This document shows positions 7,865-16,340 of a stretch of 64,000 nucleotides of DNA, piece by piece. A program made the position numbers and the translations under genes. Numbering within the stretch: the stretch's first letter is position 1; every line of letters starts with the position of its first letter. A model generated the notes under the pieces. That model worked only from the letters and a program-made list of their open reading frames with translations. It did no database searches and had not been told where the DNA came from. This DNA comes from Elusimicrobiota bacterium (lineage in GTDB: Bacteria; Elusimicrobiota; Elusimicrobia; UBA1565; UBA9628): the NCBI GenBank assembly GCA_035533295.1, contig DATLUA010000054.1:5002-69001 (forward strand), written 5' to 3'.

Positions 7865-10069
7865 ATGGACAACATTCAAAAAATCAGCCTGCAGGAAACT
7901 GTGGGCGGCAAGACCTTTTGCCTGCAGACCGGCACCATCGCCAAGCAGGCCGGCGGCTCCGTCACCGTGCACCTGGGCGAGACCGTTGTTCTCTCCGCCG
8001 CCACGGCGTCGTGGACGCCCAAGGACGTGGATTTCGTGCCCTTGACCTCCGACTACCGCGAGCGGACCTACGCGGCTGGGCGCATCCCGGGCGGATTCTT
8101 CAAGCGTGAGAACCGGCCGCGAGAGAAGGAAATTCTCTCCTCGCGGCTTATCGACCGGCCCATCCGGCCTTTGTTCCCCTCGGGCTGGAACTTCGAGACC
8201 ATGGTGCAGAGCATCGTGATTTCCACGGACTCCGAGAACGACGCGGACGTGGTGGCCATCAACGGCGCCTCGACCGCCCTGATTCTTTCCGACGTCCCGT
8301 GGAACGGGCCCGTGGGTGCTGTGCGCATCGTGCGCCGCAACGGCGCCTTCGTGCTTTTCCCCACCTTCGAAGAGCGGGAAGACGCTGAGCTGGAGCTCGT
8401 CGTGGCCGGCAAGAAGGGCGCGCTCCTGATGGTGGAAGGCAGCGCTAAAGAGGTCGGCGAGGACGTTTTCGTCCAGGCTTTGGAGGTCGCCTCCGAGGCC
8501 ATCGATCGGATTTGCGACCTGCAGCTGCGCCTGCTTAAGGAAAGCCAGGCGGCCGGACGCAAGGTGGCCAAGCGGGAGCCCTCCAAGTTCGAGCATCCCG
8601 CGGCGGTCGAAGCCTACGTCGCGCCCAAGGCCAAGGAAGCCATCAACGCGGCCCTGCACTCCAAGCTGGACAAAGCCGGCCTGGACGAGCGCGTCGACGA
8701 GGCCAAGGACAAGCTTAAGAAGGAAGTCGAGGAGCTCGCCAAGACCAAACCCGAGTTCACCGACGGCGTCAAGCACGTCTCGGCCATCATCGAGGACGTG
8801 GTCTACACCGAGAGCCGGCGCGTGAGCTTGGAAGAGCACGTGCGTCCGGACGGCCGGCGCTTCGATGAGATTCGCCCCATCACCATCCAGACGCCGGTGT
8901 TCAAGCGCCTGCACGGCTCGGTGCTCTTCACCCGCGGTCAGACCCAGGCCTTCGTGAGCGCGACCTTGGGCAGCCCGGGCGACATGCAGGTCATGGACGT
9001 CCTGGAGGGCGAGTACAAAGAACGCTTCATGATGCACTACAACTTCCCGGCCTTCTCGGTCGGCGAGGTGCGTCCGGAGCGCGGCCCCGGACGTCGGGAA
9101 ATCGGCCACGGCGCCTTGGCGCGCCGCTCGCTTGAGCCCCTGCTGCCGCCGGAAGAGGAGTTTCCTTATACCATCCGCCTGGTCTCGGACATCCTTGAGT
9201 CCAACGGCTCGTCCTCGATGGCGTCGGTCTGCGGCGGGAGCTTGGCGCTCTTCGACGCGGGCGTCCCCATGAAGGCGGCCTGCGCGGGCATCGCGATGGG
9301 CTTGGTCCTGGAGGGCGGCAAGTACGCCATCCTGACCGACATCGCCGGCGTGGAAGACCACAACGGCGACATGGACTTCAAGGTGGCCGGCACGACCCAA
9401 GGCATCACCGGCTTCCAGATGGACATGAAAATCGAGGGACTCTCCATCAAGATCATGACCGAAGCCCTGGAACAGGCCAAGAAGGCGCGGCTTTTCATTC
9501 TTGATAAGATGAACGCGGCCTTGGAGAAACCCCGCCCGGAGCTCTCTGAGTACGCGCCGCGCTTGATGCGCATCCAAATTCCGCAGGACAAGATCGGCGC
9601 CCTTATCGGCCCCGGCGGCAAGAACATCCGCCGCTTGACCGAAACCTACGGCGTCGAGGTGGAAGTCGAGGAGGACGGCTCGGTGTTCATCGCCGGCACG
9701 GACTCCGAGGCCTGCGAGCAGGCCAAGGCCGAAGTCGAGGCCTTGAGCCAGGAAGCCGAGATTGGCAAGATATACAAGGGGCGCGTGGTCTCCATCAAGG
9801 AGTTCGGCGCGTTCGTGGAGATTTTCCCCGGCCGCGAAGGGCTTCTGCACATTTCCCAAATCGACAAGACCCGCGTCGCGCGCGTCGAGGACGTCTTGAA
9901 GGAAGGCGACCAAGTCGAGGTCAAGGTCCTGGAAGTCGACGAAGGCGGCAAAATCCGCCTCTCGCGAAAAGCGGTGCTCTTTCCCGGCTCGGAGCTCGCC
10001 GACGCGGGACGGCCTCCGCGGCGTTCGGGCCCCAGCAACGGCGACAACGGACGCCGCCACCGCCGCTAA
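7865..10069 (+). CDS. pnp: Polyribonucleotide nucleotidyltransferase (PNPase)
   Basis: 734 aa. Two RNase PH domains (...[30 protein letters not shown]...), a KH domain ([20 protein letters not shown]) and an S1 domain ([20 protein letters not shown]). Conserved position after rpsO. Confidence 0.97.
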   Translation: MDNIQKISLQETVGGKTFCLQTGTIAKQAGGSVTVHLGETVVLSAATASWTPKDVDFVPLTSDYRERTYAAGRIPGGFFKRENRPREKEILSSRLIDRPIRPLFPSGWNFETMVQSIVISTDSENDADVVAINGASTALILSDVPWNGPVGAVRIVRRNGAFVLFPTFEEREDAELELVVAGKKGALLMVEGSAKEVGEDVFVQALEVASEAIDRICDLQLRLLKESQAAGRKVAKREPSKFEHPAAVEAYVAPKAKEAINAALHSKLDKAGLDERVDEAKDKLKKEVEELAKTKPEFTDGVKHVSAIIEDVVYTESRRVSLEEHVRPDGRRFDEIRPITIQTPVFKRLHGSVLFTRGQTQAFVSATLGSPGDMQVMDVLEGEYKERFMMHYNFPAFSVGEVRPERGPGRREIGHGALARRSLEPLLPPEEEFPYTIRLVSDILESNGSSSMASVCGGSLALFDAGVPMKAACAGIAMGLVLEGGKYAILTDIAGVEDHNGDMDFKVAGTTQGITGFQMDMKIEGLSIKIMTEALEQAKKARLFILDKMNAALEKPRPELSEYAPRLMRIQIPQDKIGALIGPGGKNIRRLTETYGVEVEVEEDGSVFIAGTDSEACEQAKAEVEALSQEAEIGKIYKGRVVSIKEFGAFVEIFPGREGLLHISQIDKTRVARVEDVLKEGDQVEVKVLEVDEGGKIRLSRKAVLFPGSELADAGRPPRRSGPSNGDNGRRHRR

Positions 10070-10639
10070 GTGCCGTCCGGACTGATGCCGAAAAAAAACG
10101 CCGCGGCCGGTGGGACCGGCAAAAGCACCGGCAACGGCGGAGCGCCTTTCCCCAAGAAAGGCGAGAGCCTTCTGGGCGAGCTTAAGTCGATTTACGACTT
10201 CATGCTCCAGAATAATCTCGAGAGCCTCGAGCTGAGCGAAACGGGCCGCCATGTGCGCTTGGCGCGGCGCAAGGCTCCGGCGCCGATGCCGGTTCCCGTG
10301 CCCGTGGCGGCCGCTGGAGCCTACGCGGCTCCTGCGGCCGCCGGATCGGCCGCCACGGCTCCCGCGGGGCCAAGCGCGCCCGCGGCCTTGCCTCCCGGCG
10401 GCGTGACGGTCAAGTCGGGCATGATGGGCATCTTCTACCGCGCGCCCTCGCCGTCGAGCCCGCCCTATATTAAGGAAGGCGACCATGTCTCGGCGGGGCA
10501 GATCATCGGCATGATCGAGGCCATGAAGGTCTTCAACGAGATCAAGGCCGAGTTCGACTGCACGGTCGTCAAGGCGCTGCTCGAGAACGGCAAGCCGGTC
10601 AAGCTGGGCCAGGATATTTTTCTCGTTCGCCGGGACTAA
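10070..10639 (+). CDS. accB: Biotin carboxyl carrier protein (BCCP)-like biotinyl-domain protein
   Basis: C-terminus VKSGMMGIFYRAPSPSSPPYIKEGDHVSAGQIIGMIEAMKVFNEIKAEFDCTVVKALLENGKPVKLGQDIFLV with the E-A-M-K biotinylation motif and an Ala/Pro linker. Start uncertain (GTG 10070 or ATG 10085). Confidence 0.75.
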   Translation: MPSGLMPKKNAAAGGTGKSTGNGGAPFPKKGESLLGELKSIYDFMLQNNLESLELSETGRHVRLARRKAPAPMPVPVPVAAAGAYAAPAAAGSAATAPAGPSAPAALPPGGVTVKSGMMGIFYRAPSPSSPPYIKEGDHVSAGQIIGMIEAMKVFNEIKAEFDCTVVKALLENGKPVKLGQDIFLVRRD

Positions 10640-10651
10640 GGCTGGAGCCTT

Positions 10652-12913
10652 ATGTGGAGAGCCTCCCGCCGCCTTTTCGCTAAAGCTTCCAAGAAGAGCC
10701 GGAAAAACAGCGCCTTTTCATCGGCTGCGCGCTGGCTTTTGGGGCTGTGCGCCTCGCTCTACTTCGCCGCGCTGGTCTACGCCCCCGCGCTTTCCGGCCC
10801 CTTCGGGCGCGCCGCGCACGAGGTCCTCATCCGCCTTCTGGGCCTCCCCACCTATTTCATCCCGGTTTTCCTGGCGGCCGTCTTGTTCCAGTACTTCCAC
10901 AAGGATTCCAGCCGCATGCGCCTAGCCGCCTTGGGCTCCCTCATAGCCCTGGCGGATTTGTGCGTGGCCGCGTCCTTGTTCGGGCAGTGGCTCTTTGCCA
11001 ATGCCGCGGCCGGCGGCGGCGCCTTCGGCAAGGCCGTGGAGCAGGCGTTCTACGGCTCGGTGGGAGGCTTTGGCACGCTGGCTATCGTTCTGACCCTTCT
11101 TCTCTTATCACTGCACCTGGCCTTCGGCATCCATTGGTCCCGGCTCTTGGTCCAGGGGTTCAAGACGTTGGCCGCGGACTACCGCAACTGGCAGAAAGCG
11201 CGTAAGGATTTGGCCCTTGAGTTAAAGCGCGCGCGCCTAGAGCGGGAAAAGAGCGAGGCAACGGCCGCGGTTACGGCCAAGGCCTCGGCGAAAGCCGCCG
11301 GGCCCATGCCGCAGAATTCAACCGCGTCCGAGCCCGCCAGGCCGGCGATGGTCATCCGTGAGGAAAAATCCAGGTCCGCCGCGCGCGCCCACGCTCCGGC
11401 CAAGGCGCCCCCGCCGCCGGCGCCGGGATCGCCTTACGCCAACTACCAGGCCCCGCCGCCCGACTTGCTCCAGCCGCCGCCGCCGTCTACGGAGCGCGGC
11501 AAACCCTCGCAGGAGGAGTTGACCCTGGCCGCCCAGGAGCTGGAGAAGACCTTGAAGAGCTTCGGCGTCGAGGCCAGCGTGAGCGGCTGCTCGCCGGGTC
11601 CCGTCATCACGCGCTACGAGCTTTCTCCCGCGCCGGGCGTCAAGGTGAGTTCGATCGTCTCTTTGGAGAACGACATCGCCTTGTCCATGAAGGCGCGCGG
11701 CATCCGCATCATCGCGCCCATTCCCGGCAAGGCCGCGGTAGGCGTGGAAATCCCCAACCACAAGCCGGCCATGGTCGTGCTGCGGGATATTTTGGGCATG
11801 CCGGTTCTCCCCTCGCAGGCGCCGCCCCTGTCCTTCGCGCTGGGCCTCTCCGCCGACGGCGAGCCCACGGCGGTCGATTTACAGAAGATGCCCCACCTGC
11901 TGGTGGCGGGCGCGACCAACAGCGGCAAGTCCGTGGCCCTGCACGCGCTGGTCATGTCCATCTTGATGCGCCGGCGCCCGGACGAGGTCAAGTTCCTGAT
12001 GATCGACCCCAAGCGCCTGGAGCTGACTTTCTACGACGGCATCCCCCATCTTTTCGATCCGACCGCGCCCTGCGAGGAAGCGGGCGTGATCACCAGCCCC
12101 AAGGCCGCGGCCAAGTCCCTGGGCGCCCTGGTCAAGCTCATGGAAAAGCGCTACGAGAAGTTCCAGCACATGGGCGTGCGCAACATCGACGCCTACAACG
12201 AGGAAGCTGACAAGAACGAGATGGAGAGGGAGTTCTTCGTCGTGGTCATCATCGACGAGCTGGCGGACCTGATGCTGGTCTCGCAGGAACGGGTCGAGGA
12301 CGCCATCCAGCGGCTGACCCAGATGGCGCGCGCGGTGGGCATCCACCTGGTGTTGGCCACCCAGCGGCCCTCGGTGGACGTCATCACGGGCGTCATCAAG
12401 GCCAATTTGCCCGCGCGGCTGGCGATGCAGGTGATTTCCCGCGTGGACTCGAAGGTCATCTTGGATGGCGTGGGCGCCGAGTCCTTGCAGGGCCGCGGCG
12501 ACATGCTCTACTTGGCCGCCGGCGCGCAGAGGCCCGAGCGCTGCCAGGGGGCGTACGTCAGCGAGCAGGAAATCCGCGCGGTGGTCAAGCACTTAAAGAC
12601 CCAGGGCAAGCCCAGCTACCCGATGCTGGAGACCATGGCCGCGGCGAGCAGCGCCGATGATTTGGCGTCTTTCGGCGTCGAGCCCTTGGAATTCTCGCAA
12701 GCCCTGAAGCTGGTTTTGGAGCGCCGGCGCGTCTCCCAGGATCTGCTCAAGTCCCAGTTCGGTTCCTCGGCGCGCGCGACCAATCTGCTTAGCCTGCTCG
12801 AAATCAAGGAGATGATTTTCAAGCCCGAAGGCTCCAACCGCTGGGAAATCAATTTCGACCGTATCGAGGACTACATGCGGCAGTATTTCCCCCAGGTTCC
12901 TCTGGGAAAGTAG
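10652..12913 (+). CDS. ftsK: DNA translocase FtsK/SpoIIIE
   Basis: N-terminal TM helices and a Pro-rich linker. Motor domain with Walker A (LLVAGATNSGKSVAL) and Walker B (FFVVVIIDELADL), plus a C-terminal gamma winged helix (VSQDLLKSQFGSSARATNLLSLLE). Confidence 0.93.
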   Translation: MWRASRRLFAKASKKSRKNSAFSSAARWLLGLCASLYFAALVYAPALSGPFGRAAHEVLIRLLGLPTYFIPVFLAAVLFQYFHKDSSRMRLAALGSLIALADLCVAASLFGQWLFANAAAGGGAFGKAVEQAFYGSVGGFGTLAIVLTLLLLSLHLAFGIHWSRLLVQGFKTLAADYRNWQKARKDLALELKRARLEREKSEATAAVTAKASAKAAGPMPQNSTASEPARPAMVIREEKSRSAARAHAPAKAPPPPAPGSPYANYQAPPPDLLQPPPPSTERGKPSQEELTLAAQELEKTLKSFGVEASVSGCSPGPVITRYELSPAPGVKVSSIVSLENDIALSMKARGIRIIAPIPGKAAVGVEIPNHKPAMVVLRDILGMPVLPSQAPPLSFALGLSADGEPTAVDLQKMPHLLVAGATNSGKSVALHALVMSILMRRRPDEVKFLMIDPKRLELTFYDGIPHLFDPTAPCEEAGVITSPKAAAKSLGALVKLMEKRYEKFQHMGVRNIDAYNEEADKNEMEREFFVVVIIDELADLMLVSQERVEDAIQRLTQMARAVGIHLVLATQRPSVDVITGVIKANLPARLAMQVISRVDSKVILDGVGAESLQGRGDMLYLAAGAQRPERCQGAYVSEQEIRAVVKHLKTQGKPSYPMLETMAAASSADDLASFGVEPLEFSQALKLVLERRRVSQDLLKSQFGSSARATNLLSLLEIKEMIFKPEGSNRWEINFDRIEDYMRQYFPQVPLGK

Positions 12914-13110
12914 GGGTGCGGAAAGAAAAAAGAAGGAATGGAAGGAAACGGATGGAAAAGAAAGGAAAGGACCGGAAAAGCGAAAAAACGCAGCGGAGAA
13001 ATTCTCCCCCGCTTCCCGTGCCGTCTTCTTTTTCTTTCCGTTTTCTTCCGTTCCTCTCCGTTGCGTTCCTTTCCCTTCTCTTCCTTCTGTTCCATCCTTT
13101 CCCCTCCTTC
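12914..13110. repeat. Purine-rich tract (12914-13000) switching to a pyrimidine-rich tract (13002-13110) around the palindrome GGAGAA-A-TTCTCC
   Basis: By hand count, about 86% A/G over 87 nt, then about 90% C/T over about 107 nt on the same strand. Perfect 6+6 palindrome centred on 13001 (12995-13007). The arms are imperfectly complementary (GGAA/GAAA versus TTCC/TTTC). Confidence 0.7.
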
Positions 13111-13743
13111 GCCGCTTCTGCGCCCCCCACGTTGGCCGACATCGCCGCTCACTTCGACGCCTTGGACTCCAGCATGACCTCCTTGACCTGCCGGTTCGTC
13201 GAGGAAATGAATTTGGGCGCGGGTGCCCCGTCCCAGAGCGTGTCCGGCTTCGTGCAGTACAAGAAGCCCGACTTGCTGCGCATCGAGTACAAGACGCCCG
13301 AGGCGCAGAGCGTGGTGCTGGACGGCAAGGACCTGTGGATTTGGCGCCCGTCCGCCGGCCAGGCCATCGAGACCAGTGTCGCGGACTGGAAAGAATCCCA
13401 GCCCATGGCCCGGCAGCTTCTTGATTTCGGGCATTATGGCCGGATGCTTGCGGACTACGAGGTCTCCATCGCGTCCGTGTCGGCGCCGGACGCGCGGGGT
13501 TTTTACGACGTGCTCCTGGACTTAAAGCCCAAAAATGGCGGCGGCTACACTTTGCGCCTGGGCCTTTCCACCCGCGATTACTTTCCCGCGCGGACCTGGA
13601 TGACGGTCGGAAGCGTCACCATGGAGTCGGTTTTCTCCGACGTGCGCTTGAACCCCGCGATTTCGGGCAACGCATTTCATTTCACGCCGCCGCCCGACGC
13701 CGACGTTTTTCGGAACTTCAAGCTCCCGCAGGCGGGCCAATGA
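12916..13743 (+). CDS. LolA-like outer-membrane lipoprotein carrier/sorting protein
   Basis: ...SVSGFVQYKKPDLLRIEYKTPEAQSVVLDGKDLWIWRPSAGQAIE... is typical of the LolA fold family. A signal peptide (FLPFLSVAFLSLLFLLFHPFPSFA/ASA) is encoded by the pyrimidine tract. The true start is probably the in-frame GTG at 13018 rather than GTG 12916, which would add a K/R-rich translation of the purine tract. Confidence 0.7.
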   Translation: MRKEKRRNGRKRMEKKGKDRKSEKTQRRNSPPLPVPSSFSFRFLPFLSVAFLSLLFLLFHPFPSFAASAPPTLADIAAHFDALDSSMTSLTCRFVEEMNLGAGAPSQSVSGFVQYKKPDLLRIEYKTPEAQSVVLDGKDLWIWRPSAGQAIETSVADWKESQPMARQLLDFGHYGRMLADYEVSIASVSAPDARGFYDVLLDLKPKNGGGYTLRLGLSTRDYFPARTWMTVGSVTMESVFSDVRLNPAISGNAFHFTPPPDADVFRNFKLPQAGQ

Positions 13744-14468
13744 CGGCGGGAGAACTTGCCGTCGCCGGGGACGCGCTCAAGCGCGCGCGCCTTAAAAAGG
13801 GCGAGAGCCTGGAGGACGCCGCCCGCCAGACGCGCGTTCCCAGGAAATTCCTGGCGGCGCTGGAAGACGGGCGCATCGACGATTTCCCCGCGCCCGTCTA
13901 CGCCGAGGGCTTTTTCAACATCTACAGCGAACACCTGGGGCTTTCGAAGGCCTCGCTGCGTGGCGAAGGCGCCGCGAACAGCGAGATGGAGAAGCCCGAG
14001 ACGCCGACGGCGAAAATGGATAACGCGCATGCCGGCGAAGAGATCTCGCACGCGGAAAACCACGCCGCTCCCCGCGGGTCGGACAGTTACCGGCTGCTCA
14101 TGACCGCCTCCATCGCGGTCTTGGCCGCCTTCGCGATTTGGCTGTGGCATGCGTCTTCGTCCATGTGGCTTCCCAAGCGCCCGGCTGAAGCCGTTCCGGC
14201 GGACGCCGCCGCGCCGCAAGCCGCCGCTTTTCCCGCCAAGGTGGATTTAACCATCATTTTCCATCATGAAGTCTGGCTCCGCGTCCTGGTCGATGGCAAG
14301 CCGGCTTTCGCCGGCAGGGTTCCGAAGGGAGGGATGCGCGAATGGAAGGCGCGCAAGAACGTCGTTCTCGAGACCGGCGACCCCCGGGCCTTCGATTTGA
14401 TGGTCAACGGTGCCCCCTATTCCATCATTCCCAACATGTCGGAACGATATCTCATACGGGCGCGCTGA
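13740..14468 (+). CDS. rodZ: RodZ-like cytoskeleton protein (HTH + TM + DUF4115)
   Basis: N-terminal HTH (GDALKRARLKKGESLEDAARQTRVPRKFLAALEDG), a central TM (LLMTASIAVLAAFAIWLW) and a C-terminal VWLRVLVDGKPAFAGRVPKGGMREWKARKNVVLETGDPRAFDLMVNG. ATGA overlap with the upstream gene. Confidence 0.7.
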   Translation: MTAGELAVAGDALKRARLKKGESLEDAARQTRVPRKFLAALEDGRIDDFPAPVYAEGFFNIYSEHLGLSKASLRGEGAANSEMEKPETPTAKMDNAHAGEEISHAENHAAPRGSDSYRLLMTASIAVLAAFAIWLWHASSSMWLPKRPAEAVPADAAAPQAAAFPAKVDLTIIFHHEVWLRVLVDGKPAFAGRVPKGGMREWKARKNVVLETGDPRAFDLMVNGAPYSIIPNMSERYLIRAR

Positions 14469-14492
14469 CGCGCTTTAACGATCCCCGAACCG

Positions 14493-15065
14493 ATGAATCT
14501 GGCCAACCGGCTGACCGTGGCGCGCTTCGTGATGGCCTGCGCCGTTTTCGCGGCGCTCCTGCGCTCCCGGCCCGCCTTCCACTGGACGGCGTTTTTCATC
14601 TTCGGGCTGGCCATCGCGACGGACTGGTTCGACGGGCAAATCGCGCGGCGCATGAAGAAAGTCAGCGCCTTCGGCAAGGTGGCCGACCCCATCGCGGACA
14701 AGGTCCTGGTCCTGGGCGCCTTGATGGCTTTGGAACGCTCTTACCCGCGGATGGTCCCTCTCTGGGCCGTATTCCTGATTCTCGCGCGGGAGCTCTTGAT
14801 CGGAGGCCTGCGCGTGCTCTCGGCCGTTTCCAACCGGCCCGTTGCCGCGGAGAAATGGGGCAAATGGAAGATGGGTTTTCAAAGCTTCGCGGTGCTGACC
14901 GTCATCGGCATCTTGGCCGCGATGGAAACCTGGCCCGCTGCCGCCCCGTCCTGGACGGGCGAGTTGGTCTACGGCCTGACCGTCATGTGCGTCGCGGCCT
15001 CATGGAGTTCCGCCTATTTTTACTATCGGAACTCCCGGAAGCTGCTGGAAACGTCGTGGAGCTAG
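14493..15065 (+). CDS. pgsA: CDP-diacylglycerol--glycerol-3-phosphate 3-phosphatidyltransferase
   Basis: CDP-alcohol phosphatidyltransferase motif DWFDGQIARRMKKVSAFGKVADPIADK (D-x2-D-G-x2-A-R...G-x3-D-x3-D). 190 aa, 4-5 TM. Confidence 0.88.
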   Translation: MNLANRLTVARFVMACAVFAALLRSRPAFHWTAFFIFGLAIATDWFDGQIARRMKKVSAFGKVADPIADKVLVLGALMALERSYPRMVPLWAVFLILARELLIGGLRVLSAVSNRPVAAEKWGKWKMGFQSFAVLTVIGILAAMETWPAAAPSWTGELVYGLTVMCVAASWSSAYFYYRNSRKLLETSWS

Positions 15066-15128
15066 CGCCGCTAAGAGAGAGCAGTTTCCTTGTTAGCCCG
15101 TTTTTATTTAAGCTATAGTGCATCGTCG

Positions 15129-16328
15129 ATGAAAAAATACATCTGGCTCGCGGCGACGGCCGCCGTCTGCCTTTTCCCGGCCCGGGCCGGCGCGCAGTCC
15201 TGGATGCACCCTGTCTCCACCGAGGCCGTGAGCGCGTCATCGGCGCCGGCCTTGAATCTGGGCCAGCCGCTTTCTCTGGACAAGGGCCCCTGGGTGCTGG
15301 GCGAAATCGTGTTTGTCTCCAACAACCAACTGGTCGCCAACATGACTTGGCGCGATCAGGTGCGCGGCGCGCCCGGCGAGCTCTACACCAAGGCCGACAT
15401 CCTTTCCGACGTGGACAACTTGAAGGGCCTGGGAGACTTCGCCGAAGTGACCCCCGCGGTCTACGCCATCCCCGGCTCGCCCACGCCGTCGGAATATTTC
15501 GGCATTTCGGCCTCGACCAACGAGGTGCGCCTGGTTTTCGACGTCCAGCAAAAATCCGTGGCGCAGTCCTCGGCCGCCGCAGCGGCCCTGCCGGTGCCGG
15601 TCTCGGGCATGATTTTGACGCCGACCGCCTACCGGGGCATGGGGCATTTCACCAACCCGGGTTTGAGTCTGGATTTCAACGGCACCTACTACATCGGCCG
15701 CCTCTACGGAAAGAACAACTACGCCAACGACCCCACGCACACCAACTACCTTGATCAAGTCGGCCTGTGGCTTTTGACCATCGACGGCAAGATGCAGGTA
15801 CAGTCCGAGACCAAATACCGGCCCGCCCTGGCCTTCGGCACGGAGGGCACGCTGTCCTTCCTAGACACCTCCCAGCCCACGCCGACAACCAACGCGCCCA
15901 CGGAAACGGTCACGGTCGCGAGCAATAAGACCAAGATTTTGACCGACGCCTACGTGGTGGCCAGCAAGAAGTTCGGGCCCGTGCGCACCAGCGTGGGCTA
16001 TATGCAGGGCGACATGGGCGACTTCGTCTCCCAACTTTCGGGCTTCTTGTCCCCCAGCGCCTTTATTTTCTACCACGGCGAGCCGGGCCAGACGGTGCAC
16101 ACCAACAGCGTGCCTTTCGCCAGCGTCTTTGGCTTTCCGCACAAGAACATGCCCCTGGGCATGGAGGTCATGGAGTTCAACGGCGCGGCGCTCCACCCGA
16201 TTCTCTTCAACTTCCGCGTGGGCTCCTTCCTGCACGCGAACTTCGACGTGGGCTACCTGCGCTTCGACGGCGGTTACGACGTGTTGGGCCTCATCAACTT
16301 CCGCTGGAGCGAGTTCCCCAACCGCTAG
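15129..16328 (+). CDS. Secreted / outer-membrane protein with an N-terminal POTRA-like module and a putative beta-barrel
   Basis: ATG 15129 gives signal peptide MKKYIWLAATAAVCLFPARAGAQS. GEIVFVSNNQLVANMTWRDQVRGAPGELYTKADILSDVDNLKGLGDFAEVTP resembles a POTRA/surface-antigen repeat. The rest is beta-strand-like. Confidence 0.5.
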   Translation: MKKYIWLAATAAVCLFPARAGAQSWMHPVSTEAVSASSAPALNLGQPLSLDKGPWVLGEIVFVSNNQLVANMTWRDQVRGAPGELYTKADILSDVDNLKGLGDFAEVTPAVYAIPGSPTPSEYFGISASTNEVRLVFDVQQKSVAQSSAAAAALPVPVSGMILTPTAYRGMGHFTNPGLSLDFNGTYYIGRLYGKNNYANDPTHTNYLDQVGLWLLTIDGKMQVQSETKYRPALAFGTEGTLSFLDTSQPTPTTNAPTETVTVASNKTKILTDAYVVASKKFGPVRTSVGYMQGDMGDFVSQLSGFLSPSAFIFYHGEPGQTVHTNSVPFASVFGFPHKNMPLGMEVMEFNGAALHPILFNFRVGSFLHANFDVGYLRFDGGYDVLGLINFRWSEFPNR

Positions 16329-16340
16329 GCCGTTCCGTTA

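Noticed and set aside
7823-10486. 887-aa minus-strand ORF
   Set aside because: It lies exactly antisense to pnp and accB. The translation is Arg/Gly/Ala/His-rich with no recognisable domains, a typical shadow ORF of a high-GC gene.
12916-13017. K/R-rich N-terminal extension MRKEKRRNGRKRMEKKGKDRKSEKTQRRNS of the LolA-like protein
   Set aside because: It is simply the translation of the polypurine tract. A 34-residue highly basic segment before a signal peptide is implausible. GTG 13018 gives a normal n-h-c signal peptide. The longer coordinates are kept in the feature only because the start is unproven.
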